IMG/VR virus record: IMGVR_UViG_3300010151_007728
Coordinates: 1 to 53,359 of that record
DNA from: a virus
Lineage: Duplodnaviria; Caudoviricetes
Reading direction: 5' to 3' (one strand)
DNA: 53,359 nucleotides
Position numbers and translations under genes: made by a program. Below, piece by piece: positions 37,854 to 47,253 of this stretch. Below the pieces are notes generated by a model. That model made no database searches. It saw only the letters and a list, made by a program, of their open reading frames with translations, and was not told the DNA's origin. Position 1 is the stretch's first letter. Every line of letters begins with the position of its first letter.

Positions 37854-38154
37854 CCTTCATTGCTTTGTCATCAATATAAATATCTCCAGCCGGTTTGCCC
37901 AAAAATAACTGATGGTATTTAACGCCCCAGCTTTTAAGCTGTCTTGCCGTAAAAAGATAAAAGTCGGCCTCTGCCATGGACCTTCTATTACCATGGCGAC
38001 CCATGCCGCGAGCTGTGTTATATAATATTGTGTGTCCTTCATCGTATAATTTATTAAGCTTCTCAATTCTGTCTTCAAAAGGCTTAGAATCTTCATAAGT
38101 TAGATCCTTGCTTATGGTACATATAGTACCATCTATATCAACTATATAGACCAT
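37813..38154 (-). CDS. Small HAD-superfamily phosphatase (capsule-biosynthesis type)
   Basis: VDIDGTI, NTARG, GKP, YIDDK. Confidence 0.85.
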   Translation of the reverse strand: MVYIVDIDGTICTISKDLTYEDSKPFEDRIEKLNKLYDEGHTILYNTARGMGRHGNRRSMAEADFYLFTARQLKSWGVKYHQLFLGKPAGDIYIDDKAMKDGDFFEDSDEVRP

Positions 38155-38935
38155 CTCTAATCTCCCTTATTTCTTCATTTGTCAAAGAGTAAGCGCCTAT
38201 CTTCTTAACTGTAGTTGCCGCGCACTTGTTTGCAAATATTATTGATGTTGCTATATTATTGGTTGAAAGATACTCACTGATAAGTGCAGCAAAAAAGGTG
38301 TCTCCAGCTCCAGATACATCAAAAACCTCCGTAGGATCCGAAGGGAAATGCAAGCCATCCCAAGATGCTCCTTTCTCTCCGAGAGTAACAATCATATCAT
38401 ACTTGTTGGGTAGCTTTTCAATTAATTCTCTTTCTTTCTCGTTAATCTTTATTATTGCGTCCTCGAAACAGCTTAAGTCTGTCTTTTTGCTATCAACAAA
38501 CAATAATTTATTGATTCTCTTACACATGTGAGACAATGTTTCGCAATTATGATAATCTAAAATGCCCTTGTTGTAATCAGATACCACGATACAATCATAT
38601 TGGCTTAAATCTAAACCGCCGACTGTCAGTGGGTCTAATGATTTATCTTCTCCGGTATCTAAACGCAAAAGCTGCTGTCCGGACCTCTCATCGATGAATC
38701 TTTCTTTTGTAATCAAATGATTTTCATTGCTAACAGTTCGAACATCAATATCAAAAGAAATAAGATTCTTCTCTACATTCAGAGCCATTCCGGGCATCAC
38801 CTTTGTTTTTATAAGCTTGAAAACTGGAACGGGTGCTTCTGGAGATAATCTATCGCACCTTCCAAAATGGTATTTATCGGTGCACCCATCACCCAGAAGT
38901 AATATCTTGTATGATTTTTGTTGTTGAGTAGCCAT
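38138..38935 (-). CDS. PfkB-family sugar kinase, HldA/RfaE domain I-like (heptose-7-phosphate kinase)
   Basis: RLSPEAPVPV, SDYNKG, VTLGEKGA, DVSGAGDTF. Confidence 0.88.
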   Translation of the reverse strand: MATQQQKSYKILLLGDGCTDKYHFGRCDRLSPEAPVPVFKLIKTKVMPGMALNVEKNLISFDIDVRTVSNENHLITKERFIDERSGQQLLRLDTGEDKSLDPLTVGGLDLSQYDCIVVSDYNKGILDYHNCETLSHMCKRINKLLFVDSKKTDLSCFEDAIIKINEKERELIEKLPNKYDMIVTLGEKGASWDGLHFPSDPTEVFDVSGAGDTFFAALISEYLSTNNIATSIIFANKCAATTVKKIGAYSLTNEEIREIRDGLYS

Positions 38936-39305
38936 CTATTCTCTCGAAAAACTTCAATTCCTTGGCAAATTGACTTCCTATAACCTTTTTGTCTCTATAG
39001 TCCGATCCTACAAACATTATATCCGGACTTATCTTGTTTAATTTATCTTCTAAAGCTTGATGAGAATCAAAAACAAAAACCTCTTCAATTCCCTTTATGT
39101 TCTCTAAAAAGTATTTCCTCTCATCCTGACTATTGTAGGGGCGTGAGCCGCCTTTGGCGCTTCGTACCATTAAATCAGAGTCGATTCCTACAATTAAGTA
39201 GTCACACTGATTTCTGCAAAACTCGAACAGCCTCAAGTGCCCTGTATGCAAAATATCAAAACATCCATTCACAAACCCTACTTTACTATAACTTAAATCC
39301 ACCAT
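38889..39305 (-). CDS. Sugar-phosphate nucleotidyltransferase, HldC/RfaE domain II-like
   Basis: NGCFDILHTGH (HxGH), KG..RP, GSDY, DGYSTT. Start probably MVDL at 39305. Confidence 0.88.
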   Translation of the reverse strand: MVDLSYSKVGFVNGCFDILHTGHLRLFEFCRNQCDYLIVGIDSDLMVRSAKGGSRPYNSQDERKYFLENIKGIEEVFVFDSHQALEDKLNKISPDIMFVGSDYRDKKVIGSQFAKELKFFERIDGYSTTKIIQDITSG

Positions 39306-40131
39306 AATCAACTTCACTATCAGAGTGATTAATCCAGTTATTTAAAAGTATGTTCCTCATGTATGCGTGGAAATGAGGTTCTTCACTTCCTAAATAATGT
39401 TTTTCAACATCTCTAAAATCAGATACTACTTCTACAAAATTTGCCAAGCATGAATCAACGCATACAATCGATTGTGCATTCATTAGTACTTTGTACCAAT
39501 CATAAATTTCATATCCTTTTATGTATGAGAAATTAATTGGATTCTCAACTTTAACATCCTTTAATTGATTTCCTCCACGATAATTATGAATTATTGAATA
39601 TTTCTCTGATCCATATTTTTTCTTTGCAAAATTTGTAATAAATTCCAGTAACTTATCTTCTTTTTGTTCATTGTGGTTCCATTTATATTCCCATCTTTTC
39701 TGTAATGGGACTTCTGCCAAATGGTATTTCAAATCAATCCAATTTCTATTTTCATTTTGGAATGTCTTTGTTAGTCGGTTATTATAATTGTTGAAGTGAC
39801 CAGGAAATGTAAAACAAAAATCAACTATTTCGTAGTCTCTATTGATGTCAATAAAATTATTCAATTCACCAAAGAAATGCCCTCCTGTTCTAAAGAAAAC
39901 TTCTGGGGCATGCCTGTCTAAACGCTCATTCTTATAGTAAGCGGAGGGACTCATTTTTGCCCCAAAAGAAAAAGAATTAATATGGTCAAACGCTTCGAAG
40001 TAGCCAGAAAAATTATCAAACACTGGCCAGTGGATCTCGTATCCCATATCATGATAATGTTGCGCGATAGGAGTTGTTATGACAAGATCTCCTAGTTTTC
40101 CTGGTTGTATAAAAAGAGCGTTTTTGGTCAC
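39286..40131 (-). CDS. Putative GT-B glycosyltransferase, GT9-like
   Basis: QPGKLGDLVITTP and IVCVDSCLAN. Confidence 0.5.
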   Translation of the reverse strand: MTKNALFIQPGKLGDLVITTPIAQHYHDMGYEIHWPVFDNFSGYFEAFDHINSFSFGAKMSPSAYYKNERLDRHAPEVFFRTGGHFFGELNNFIDINRDYEIVDFCFTFPGHFNNYNNRLTKTFQNENRNWIDLKYHLAEVPLQKRWEYKWNHNEQKEDKLLEFITNFAKKKYGSEKYSIIHNYRGGNQLKDVKVENPINFSYIKGYEIYDWYKVLMNAQSIVCVDSCLANFVEVVSDFRDVEKHYLGSEEPHFHAYMRNILLNNWINHSDSEVDYGGFKL

Positions 40132-41411
40132 TGATTTTCTCTCTCAAAAAAAGAAAATTCATCTCCCTCTTCATCGGTTATAAAATAATCAATAAGCTGT
40201 ATGAGTCTCAAATTCTGCTGATGTGGTGATAAATTCTCCTTAAGCCAACCCTGTAGCTCTGTAGCTTGCTTCTTAAATCTACCATAGTCCTTATAGACCT
40301 CTCTTAAGCGCATTTTAAAGGATGCTTCATCAGCTTGTGCCCACATAGAGTCTCTCTGTAGTACACCATCCCAGACTACACTCTCAGGAATAGGCTGTAA
40401 TGTATAATCCATACGAGAAAACTTTGCCTTATTCTTAGTCTTTCCTTTTTTATCCGTCACTGGCATATAAAGAAAATCCAGGTGCCCGCTCCAGTCGGGT
40501 GCGATTACTGGAAGCCCTTCATAAGCCGATTCAAATAAAGGAAGCCCGAATCCTTCACCATGGGTAGTGGTCACGAATGCTTTAATCTTCGGGTGGCGAT
40601 ATAACTGATGTATCTCTTGATCGGTCATATCCCCATGTAAAAGATATATCTTGCATTTCCTGTCCTTAAATTTTTCATGTGATAAAATTTGTCGAATGCT
40701 GTTCCGGCATGCTCTTTTATCCATTAAACAATTTTTAGCTATATTAGTTTTTAACACCATGCCTACTTCTAGATCAATAAATTCTTCGACAAACCAAAGA
40801 ACACAATTCTCCACATCCTTTCGTGGAGCCCATTGCGATATATTAATAAAATTGAATTCAGTACTAAAATCCATCTCAATATCACAATCAGCAAAATCTT
40901 TTACGGGATATGAAAGCACCTCAATAGGCGTTGTACATTTAAAATCAGGAACAACCTCTCCTGTTTGTTCATTCTTGGCAGTGTAGGAAGTTTTTGCATA
41001 AACTTGTTTTGAGTGTTGAGAAGGAACAATAATCAAATCCATATCATTACCTTTATTTATCCATTCCGGTGCAACCCTGGTTGTCTCAATACCCGCAGTG
41101 ATGCCTATGTTGACAGGAGCTATTCTCTCCCATTCGTTGGGAATAGTTACCTGTATACTTATATCAAAAGGTGCCGCTCCGTGTTCCGACTGTTCCCTCA
41201 CATACTCATGAGTCTTCTTGACTATCGCGTCGATCCACTCTCTTTCTTCACTGGATTCCATTATCCAGCCCGTGCGTCCCCAGTTAACTGGTATTAAATA
41301 TAAGTCAAGCTTATCCTCTAGTTGTCTAAGAGAGCGTAAGATAAAACGTACATGTTCACCATAGCCACTCCTCGTCAAGGCTGGTCCGCGAATAATCACT
41401 TTCTGTTTCAT
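40128..41411 (-). CDS. GT4-family glycosyltransferase
   Basis: SGYG, PRKD, GEGFGLPLFES. Start MKQK at 41411 (ATGA overlap). Confidence 0.85.
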   Translation of the reverse strand: MKQKVIIRGPALTRSGYGEHVRFILRSLRQLEDKLDLYLIPVNWGRTGWIMESSEEREWIDAIVKKTHEYVREQSEHGAAPFDISIQVTIPNEWERIAPVNIGITAGIETTRVAPEWINKGNDMDLIIVPSQHSKQVYAKTSYTAKNEQTGEVVPDFKCTTPIEVLSYPVKDFADCDIEMDFSTEFNFINISQWAPRKDVENCVLWFVEEFIDLEVGMVLKTNIAKNCLMDKRACRNSIRQILSHEKFKDRKCKIYLLHGDMTDQEIHQLYRHPKIKAFVTTTHGEGFGLPLFESAYEGLPVIAPDWSGHLDFLYMPVTDKKGKTKNKAKFSRMDYTLQPIPESVVWDGVLQRDSMWAQADEASFKMRLREVYKDYGRFKKQATELQGWLKENLSPHQQNLRLIQLIDYFITDEEGDEFSFFERENQ

Positions 41412-42667
41412 GGGGTTATCTCCTCTAGCGTCCATGGCACATATTTCTTTCTTTCTTCCCAAGAACCATGGCTTTCATGAAGATCATCTAGCAGATTAAT
41501 CCACCTTTCTTCAAACTGTTTGAAATTATAATTCTTTGTTACATGCTCAAGTCCATCATGACCTAGTTTCTGTCTCTCTTCTGGAGACATTTCATATATC
41601 TTCACCAAAGCATCTATAAAGTCCTCTTTGCTTATTCTATCTTCATAAATATAAGGTACCTGTTGGGATCCGATAACAGATTTAGAACTGGGCTCAATGC
41701 CTATTCCAAACCAGTTTTCGCCGTCTGTCACTTGTTCTTGAAGTCCTCCGGTCATATTAACAATAATGGGGGTCCCGCATGCGAGAGATTCCAATGTAGC
41801 TAAACCAAAGCCTTCTGCATCCGAAATATTTATTACGCATGCGGACATGTTGTATAGCTGTGCTAATATGTGGCTCGGCACCGGAGTGGTAGAGAACACC
41901 ACTGTTCCATCATTGATCCCCAGCTCATTGATTATTGCCTCTAAATCTTGCCCGTGCTCATCTTTAGGATTAGTATGCATCACGAGTCCAACGTTCTCTC
42001 TCCCGACCTTATCAGCAAATTCTTTAAACCACCATATCAATGCTCCACTTTGTTTTCTTCTTGCATTTCTATTGTTCCAAAAGAAAACAGTCCTGCCCTT
42101 CATCGTGGGCAGAACGTCATAGAGTTCCTGATATTGTTCTTCTTCCAAAGGCTTAAAAATATTTTGATCAACAGCGTGAGGTAAATATTCTACATCTACA
42201 TCTGGTGCAACATTTCTCACCAAATCATCAGTTACTTTAGATATTGTCACAATTTTATCACAAGAACTGTAAAATACCTCATTATACTTGGGATAAGGAT
42301 AGTTGTCCCAAACATGATAGTATACCATCGGAGCTTGGGCGCGGATTTCATTTTCTATCTCCCATAGCCAATGCCAGAAGCGTGGATCAGTCATAAACCA
42401 CACAATATCAGGTTTATGGTTAATCATCATCGAACGAACAATGTCATGATTACCATAACCATCAACAGGAAAGACGATCAGATCATCACCCCATTCTGCC
42501 GTCTTAACCGGATCGTAATTAGTGTGTGACATTGCGCCACCGAGACAAATAAACGAATATCTGCCCGTCTTAAGACATGCGTCGAGCATATATTTTGTCT
42601 GCGTTCCGACCCCTGATGGAGAAAACGGATGATCGCTCAGGACCAGTACCTTAGTTTTTTTATTCAT
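41408..42667 (-). CDS. GT4-family glycosyltransferase
   Basis: PSGVG, RNARRK, AEGFGLATLESLACGTP. Start MNKK at 42667. Confidence 0.9.
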   Translation of the reverse strand: MNKKTKVLVLSDHPFSPSGVGTQTKYMLDACLKTGRYSFICLGGAMSHTNYDPVKTAEWGDDLIVFPVDGYGNHDIVRSMMINHKPDIVWFMTDPRFWHWLWEIENEIRAQAPMVYYHVWDNYPYPKYNEVFYSSCDKIVTISKVTDDLVRNVAPDVDVEYLPHAVDQNIFKPLEEEQYQELYDVLPTMKGRTVFFWNNRNARRKQSGALIWWFKEFADKVGRENVGLVMHTNPKDEHGQDLEAIINELGINDGTVVFSTTPVPSHILAQLYNMSACVINISDAEGFGLATLESLACGTPIIVNMTGGLQEQVTDGENWFGIGIEPSSKSVIGSQQVPYIYEDRISKEDFIDALVKIYEMSPEERQKLGHDGLEHVTKNYNFKQFEERWINLLDDLHESHGSWEERKKYVPWTLEEITP

Positions 42668-42680
42668 TATTAAGCCGCCA

Positions 42681-43457
42681 TTATGCACAATGTTTGGTAT
42701 TTACGTAAGGACAATATTTACCACAAGATAATCTATTCTTAATATGATTACCTTTATTCACATTATATATGAAAGTATCTAATAATTTAAGTGCATTATT
42801 GGTTTTTTTTGTACCGCACTTTATTTCAAAGATTTCAATGGGTTTCGACTTTGCCGTTCTCTTGAGTAGGGCAAAATGAGTTTGTATGTTTGCGGGGTCA
42901 ATGTTATGTTTGATGGCATAAAAATGCTTGTATAATGTCAATTGATAAGAAAGAATACGATCCGCCTTCTTTCTTGCGTCCCAACCCCATGAACAGCTCT
43001 TCCAGTCCAAGATATGGTACGTCTCGTCGACTTTGATGACCAAATCGATGAAACCCTTGAACTTCATGCCAGGATGCGTTAGAGGCTCATATAACTCCTC
43101 TTCTGCGGATACTACCTCATAAGGACCAAAGTGCTCTTTCAATGCTGGGATCATTTCAGGGGCGATTTTAGCTCCTTGGGGACGCATTTCTTGAATGAGC
43201 TTCTCGTTAAAAACAATATCTTTATCTTCTTGTTTGAGAAGCTTAAGTTCATATAGGAAATTGGTCTCAAACTCCTCTACTTCATCTGCGTCGGCCTCGA
43301 AGACAAACTTTTCTCCCACAGCGTGGATTGCCTTGCCGAATGCTGTGTATTCGTTTCCTTTGAAAACCCTGAGTTTATCAAGGTAATCTAATTTATGCCT
43401 ATGCGGGCATTCGCTCCAAGTCTTTAACTCGGAAAATGATAAATGTGCTTTCTTCAT
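42681..43457 (-). CDS. PD-(D/E)XK nuclease, Cas4/AddB-like with Fe-S staple cysteines
   Basis: SFS...ECP, G..IH, GFIDLV, LDWKS, QL.LY, C-terminal CGKYCPY....HC. Confidence 0.85.
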   Translation of the reverse strand: MKKAHLSFSELKTWSECPHRHKLDYLDKLRVFKGNEYTAFGKAIHAVGEKFVFEADADEVEEFETNFLYELKLLKQEDKDIVFNEKLIQEMRPQGAKIAPEMIPALKEHFGPYEVVSAEEELYEPLTHPGMKFKGFIDLVIKVDETYHILDWKSCSWGWDARKKADRILSYQLTLYKHFYAIKHNIDPANIQTHFALLKRTAKSKPIEIFEIKCGTKKTNNALKLLDTFIYNVNKGNHIKNRLSCGKYCPYVNTKHCA

Positions 43458-43461
43458 AGTC

Positions 43462-44136
43462 CTACTTTCTGTTTAATAAATCATTCAATTTTTCAATCTT
43501 CTTAAAAAGCATCGGACTTACATCTGATAAGCACCTCTGGTTGCCCATCAAATATTGTTGAAATCCTGTAGCGTAATACTCTCTTAACGAGGTTGCTCCA
43601 TATACAGAACAAAACAAATCTGTTGCCAGCTGCTTAAGAACTCTGTATGTTACATGCTTGTATAAGAAAAAATCAAATTCTTTATTGTATTCTACACCAA
43701 AGAAGTCGTGTTTGTCAACATTAAAACCAATATCTTTTAATATTCCTTTTAATTTTAGCCTTTTAGACTGGAACTCATGTTCGAGTTTTCCGTCATCATA
43801 GATTTCGGAATTATATAGTTTCTCTAGGTTGTGCGCCATTTCATGCAGGATATCATCAATAATATCTTCATCATCATCCTGTTTGTTTGTAAGATATATG
43901 GTTCCGTCATGAAAAGCGGCATTAATGTCCTTAGATTTCAAAAAATCATAATCTCCAATGCGAATCCTTTCAATACCTTGGAAATGGCGCGAGCTAGCAA
44001 GACTTTCCAACTTAGATATAACGCCGCTCATGAGAATTCTCTCGTTTGTCAGACGTTTGTCAAGGATTACGGGAATCTTCTTGAAAAGTACAAATTCATG
44101 CGCCTTTTTCAGGCTTTCTTTCACAAAATTATTCAT
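43462..44136 (-). CDS. Putative zincin metallopeptidase
   Basis: ILHEMAH (HExxH) with distal REYYA. Start probably MNNF at 44136. Confidence 0.65.
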   Translation of the reverse strand: MNNFVKESLKKAHEFVLFKKIPVILDKRLTNERILMSGVISKLESLASSRHFQGIERIRIGDYDFLKSKDINAAFHDGTIYLTNKQDDDEDIIDDILHEMAHNLEKLYNSEIYDDGKLEHEFQSKRLKLKGILKDIGFNVDKHDFFGVEYNKEFDFFLYKHVTYRVLKQLATDLFCSVYGATSLREYYATGFQQYLMGNQRCLSDVSPMLFKKIEKLNDLLNRK

Positions 44137-44401
44137 TTTGCATTTTTTGAGCTTCATTCAAGTCGTCTAATGCCTGTTCATATCCTCTGATATAGTTTTC
44201 TTCAGCTACAGCTAGCAAGAATTCAGGGAATTCTGCCGCTACAACCTCTACAATCATTTCAACGGTCACATCCATATTATCTGGAGATAGACGTGAGCCT
44301 ACGTACTCAACAAGCCAATTTTTTAGATCAGTGTCTGGTTCAACTAGTTGATCTAAAACGGGATTTACGTGATATTCTTCTTCCGGTGTTACATTTTTCA
44401 T
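44129..44401 (-). CDS. Hypothetical protein (90 aa, acidic)
   Basis: Strong SD AAGGAGG; C-terminal YIRGYEQALDD. Confidence 0.8.
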   Translation of the reverse strand: MKNVTPEEEYHVNPVLDQLVEPDTDLKNWLVEYVGSRLSPDNMDVTVEMIVEVVAAEFPEFLLAVAEENYIRGYEQALDDLNEAQKMQNE

Positions 44402-44420
44402 TAAGACACCTCCTTAAGGT

Positions 44421-44449
44421 ATTCTAGCATATAACTACGTATTATTAAA
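44421..44449 (-). promoter_or_regulatory. Putative sigma70-type promoter with extended -10
   Basis: TTTAAT-17 nt-TAGAAT with TGn, followed by AAGGAGG. Confidence 0.45.
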
Positions 44450-45755
44450 GTATTTTTGATGCTAAAGTAGCTACTTTTGACCTTTCACCCTTTTTGAGGG
44501 TTATATGACCAGCAATCTCTTCGGATTTGAATTTTTCGATGGCATATGAGAGTCCGTTAGAGGTGGAATCTAGATAAGTATTGTCTATTTGTTCGATATC
44601 GCCGGTTAAAATAATTTTAGAGTTCTCACCGATTCTTGTTACGATGGTCTTGAGTTCATGAACCGAAAGATTTTGAGCTTCATCGATGATAACGAAGGCA
44701 TTTGAGATCGATCTACCGCGAATGTAGGTCAAAGCCTCGACTTCAATCGAACCTTGGTCCATTAAAAGCTCCATAGTGTCTTTTTTGTCTCCCATTAAGA
44801 ATTCTAGGTTGTCTTCGATGGGTTTTAGCCATGGCTGCATCTTTTCTTCCAAAGTACCGGGTAAGTATCCAATATCCCGCCCTAGGGGCTGTACAGGGCG
44901 AGAAACGACCAGTTTTTTGTATTTATTCTGGTCTAGGACCTGTTCTAATCCTGCAGCTAGCGTAAGAAGCGTCTTTCCGCAGCCTGCTTTTCCAATAATG
45001 GAGATAATGGGCACTTCATCATCCATAAGGAGGTCTAGGGCAAACATTTGCTCTTTATTTCTAGGCTTAAGCCCCCAAACTTTCCTTCCTTTGTAGTCAG
45101 TTATACGAGACATCTCATTATTAAAGGGGGTGTAGCGTGCCAGAGCTGTGTGCTTTGAATTGGAGTTCGAGATCAACATGACAAACTCATTAGCGTTGAA
45201 TTTGCCATCTATCATCGAGGATGTTATCACTTCTCCCTCGTAGAACCTGTCTATCATTTGAGGATCTACCAAATGAGTTCTATATCCCTCATATAGCTCT
45301 TCTACCTTTGATACGACTTGATCCTCTATATAATCTTCTGTGAGGATTTGAACAGCATCACATTTAATACGCATATTAATGTCGCGCGAGACGACCAATA
45401 CCTTACGTTTCGGATTATTGTACTGTTCTGTTATAGCTGTTGTGATAATTTGATTATCAGCATCTGTTTCGTCTAATCCAATTGGCATTAAATTGGCATC
45501 GTACATTTTTATATATAGAATGCCTTTTCCCTTTTCTATGCGGACTCCGGTGTGCAGATTTCCTTTCGCTCTCAACTCGTCTAATATACGGATCGATTTA
45601 CGAGCATTTTGACCTACGCCATCTGGTCTTTTCTTGTGTTTATCGATTTCTTCTAAAACTTTTAGAGGAATTATTATATCGTTATTTTTAAATGAAAATA
45701 TAGAGTTAGCTTCTGTTAGAAGGACGTTGGTGTCTAAGACATAAGTTTTTTTCAT
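44445..45755 (-). CDS. phoH: PIN-PhoH (PhoH2-type) ATPase/RNase
   Basis: N-terminal PIN (YVLDTNV, EEID, DN, SRD); Walker A GKAGCGKT, GYLPG, IRGRS, DEAQN, GD..Q.D. Confidence 0.93.
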   Translation of the reverse strand: MKKTYVLDTNVLLTEANSIFSFKNNDIIIPLKVLEEIDKHKKRPDGVGQNARKSIRILDELRAKGNLHTGVRIEKGKGILYIKMYDANLMPIGLDETDADNQIITTAITEQYNNPKRKVLVVSRDINMRIKCDAVQILTEDYIEDQVVSKVEELYEGYRTHLVDPQMIDRFYEGEVITSSMIDGKFNANEFVMLISNSNSKHTALARYTPFNNEMSRITDYKGRKVWGLKPRNKEQMFALDLLMDDEVPIISIIGKAGCGKTLLTLAAGLEQVLDQNKYKKLVVSRPVQPLGRDIGYLPGTLEEKMQPWLKPIEDNLEFLMGDKKDTMELLMDQGSIEVEALTYIRGRSISNAFVIIDEAQNLSVHELKTIVTRIGENSKIILTGDIEQIDNTYLDSTSNGLSYAIEKFKSEEIAGHITLKKGERSKVATLASKIL

Positions 45756-45787
45756 TAATTTTCCTTACAAGATAAGTATTTACTAAC

Positions 45788-46531
45788 ATGCGGTCTTACA
45801 CAAAAAAAATTATTTTTTATATTTTAATCCTCTTTATTGCTAGCTGTGGCCACACACATACCCATATTAATCACACACAGAATACTATCAGAAATGCAAA
45901 AAGATCTTTTGTCAAAGTAGAGGTGGATGTTTGGGGGCATATCTGCCAAACTCTCGAAAGTGGTATCAAAGAATGTACAAAGAGTAAAATTGGGGGGGCT
46001 TGGGGCTCTGGTTCTATAATAATCTATAAAGGAAAAAAAGCAATTTTAACTGTTGCTCATGTCTGCCGGCATATGAAATTAGACACTATGGCAACGCTTT
46101 TAGGAGACGATATCTCATATGAATATGCTGTTACCATCGAAGGAAACGAATGGGAAAAGTATGCAGTCGAACCCGTAAAAATAGATGATCAAAACGATAT
46201 TTGTATAATGTATAGTACCCAACAGACTCTAGATGGACCTCCTCTAAGAATGGCGAACAAGAAACCAACTTATGGACAAGAAATCTTCACTATCGCCTCT
46301 CCAGGAGGATTAGCCGAAAACGGTATGGTACCTATTTTTGAAGGAAGATTCATAGGTGAATTAGAAAACCGCGCTTTTTATAGCGTACCAGTTATGGGAG
46401 GCTCAAGTGGTGCACCTCTCCTAAATAGAGATGGGCACTTGGTCGGCGTTACGCACTCTGTATACGCCTTCTTTCATCACGTTTCAGTCTCTTCTACTTT
46501 TGAAGATTTATGGAAGTTTATAACTATCTAA
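45788..46531 (+). CDS. Trypsin-like (S1) serine protease, predicted lipoprotein
   Basis: Signal peptide with lipobox FIAS-C; triad motifs TVAHV, NDIC, GGSSG. The only credible plus-strand gene. Confidence 0.85.
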   Translation: MRSYTKKIIFYILILFIASCGHTHTHINHTQNTIRNAKRSFVKVEVDVWGHICQTLESGIKECTKSKIGGAWGSGSIIIYKGKKAILTVAHVCRHMKLDTMATLLGDDISYEYAVTIEGNEWEKYAVEPVKIDDQNDICIMYSTQQTLDGPPLRMANKKPTYGQEIFTIASPGGLAENGMVPIFEGRFIGELENRAFYSVPVMGGSSGAPLLNRDGHLVGVTHSVYAFFHHVSVSSTFEDLWKFITI

Positions 46532-46723
46532 TGGCACTTCATATATGACTGGTTCAGCCTTTCTGTAGGTGATAGTTGTAATATTTACGAACCTACATTT
46601 TGTTTCGGGTTTGTGAGAACCAATAGAAAGATTACCGCACGAACATTCACCCTTATATACCCTAGTAGTTTTCTTGTCAGAACAGATAGGGCACTCAATG
46701 ATGGTTATTAAGCTTTCTTCCAC
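46508..46723 (-). CDS. Small zinc-finger-like protein
   Basis: CPIC...CSCG; GTG start. Confidence 0.65.
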   Translation of the reverse strand: MEESLITIIECPICSDKKTTRVYKGECSCGNLSIGSHKPETKCRFVNITTITYRKAEPVIYEVPLDSYKLP

Positions 46724-46735
46724 TCTGTAAATAGG

Positions 46736-47059
46736 CTACATTGGCGAGTTAATCTCCCTATCTAGTCTATCTATTTCTTTTTGTACCATTTCGTCGTTCT
46801 CAGAGACAGGCATTTGTGTTAAATCTTCGAATATAATCCCTATCTTATAGCGACGATTAATTTCGGCTACACGAGTGGCTAGGTTTTCCAACATGTAGTA
46901 TTCTACTGATTCTTGTGATTCTGGAAGCTCTAAAACATAAACAATTTGTACCTTAGGGCAGAAATGATCAAATTTATATTCTGCATTATAATCAATTATA
47001 GCTTCTAGACATTCTTCCTCGACGATCTTTATGATCCGGTCGATTTCTTTAGAATTCAT
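46736..47059 (-). CDS. Hypothetical protein (107 aa)
   Basis: Overlaps upstream gene; acidic. Confidence 0.7.
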   Translation of the reverse strand: MNSKEIDRIIKIVEEECLEAIIDYNAEYKFDHFCPKVQIVYVLELPESQESVEYYMLENLATRVAEINRRYKIGIIFEDLTQMPVSENDEMVQKEIDRLDREINSPM

Positions 47060-47249
47060 TATAGAATTCTTTGTCCTCTATTGAAACAACGTCCCAATTG
47101 CTTTTAGGATGTTGCTTGTTCAAGTTATGACGATGTATAAAAGCTTTGGGGACCGCTTCTGCGAAGGTTAGCGCTCTTATTTGAAGTGTCTCGACCCTTC
47201 TGGTTAATTTGTCATTAAAAGTAAAATAATAAAGTCTTTGTTTCTGCAT
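47049..47249 (-). CDS. Hypothetical protein (66 aa)
   Basis: Start reassigned to MQKQ at 47249, just after the stop of the 57-aa gene. Confidence 0.65.
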   Translation of the reverse strand: MQKQRLYYFTFNDKLTRRVETLQIRALTFAEAVPKAFIHRHNLNKQHPKSNWDVVSIEDKEFYNEF

Positions 47250-47253
47250 TTTA

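Noticed and set aside
27534-42667. Host O-antigen locus or chimeric assembly
   Set aside because: Genes are tightly joined to phage-type genes at both ends, and export/polymerase genes are absent; read-level checking is still advisable.
42681-43457. CRISPR-Cas system around the Cas4-like gene
   Set aside because: No repeat-spacer array or other cas genes; stand-alone Cas4-like nucleases are common in phages.
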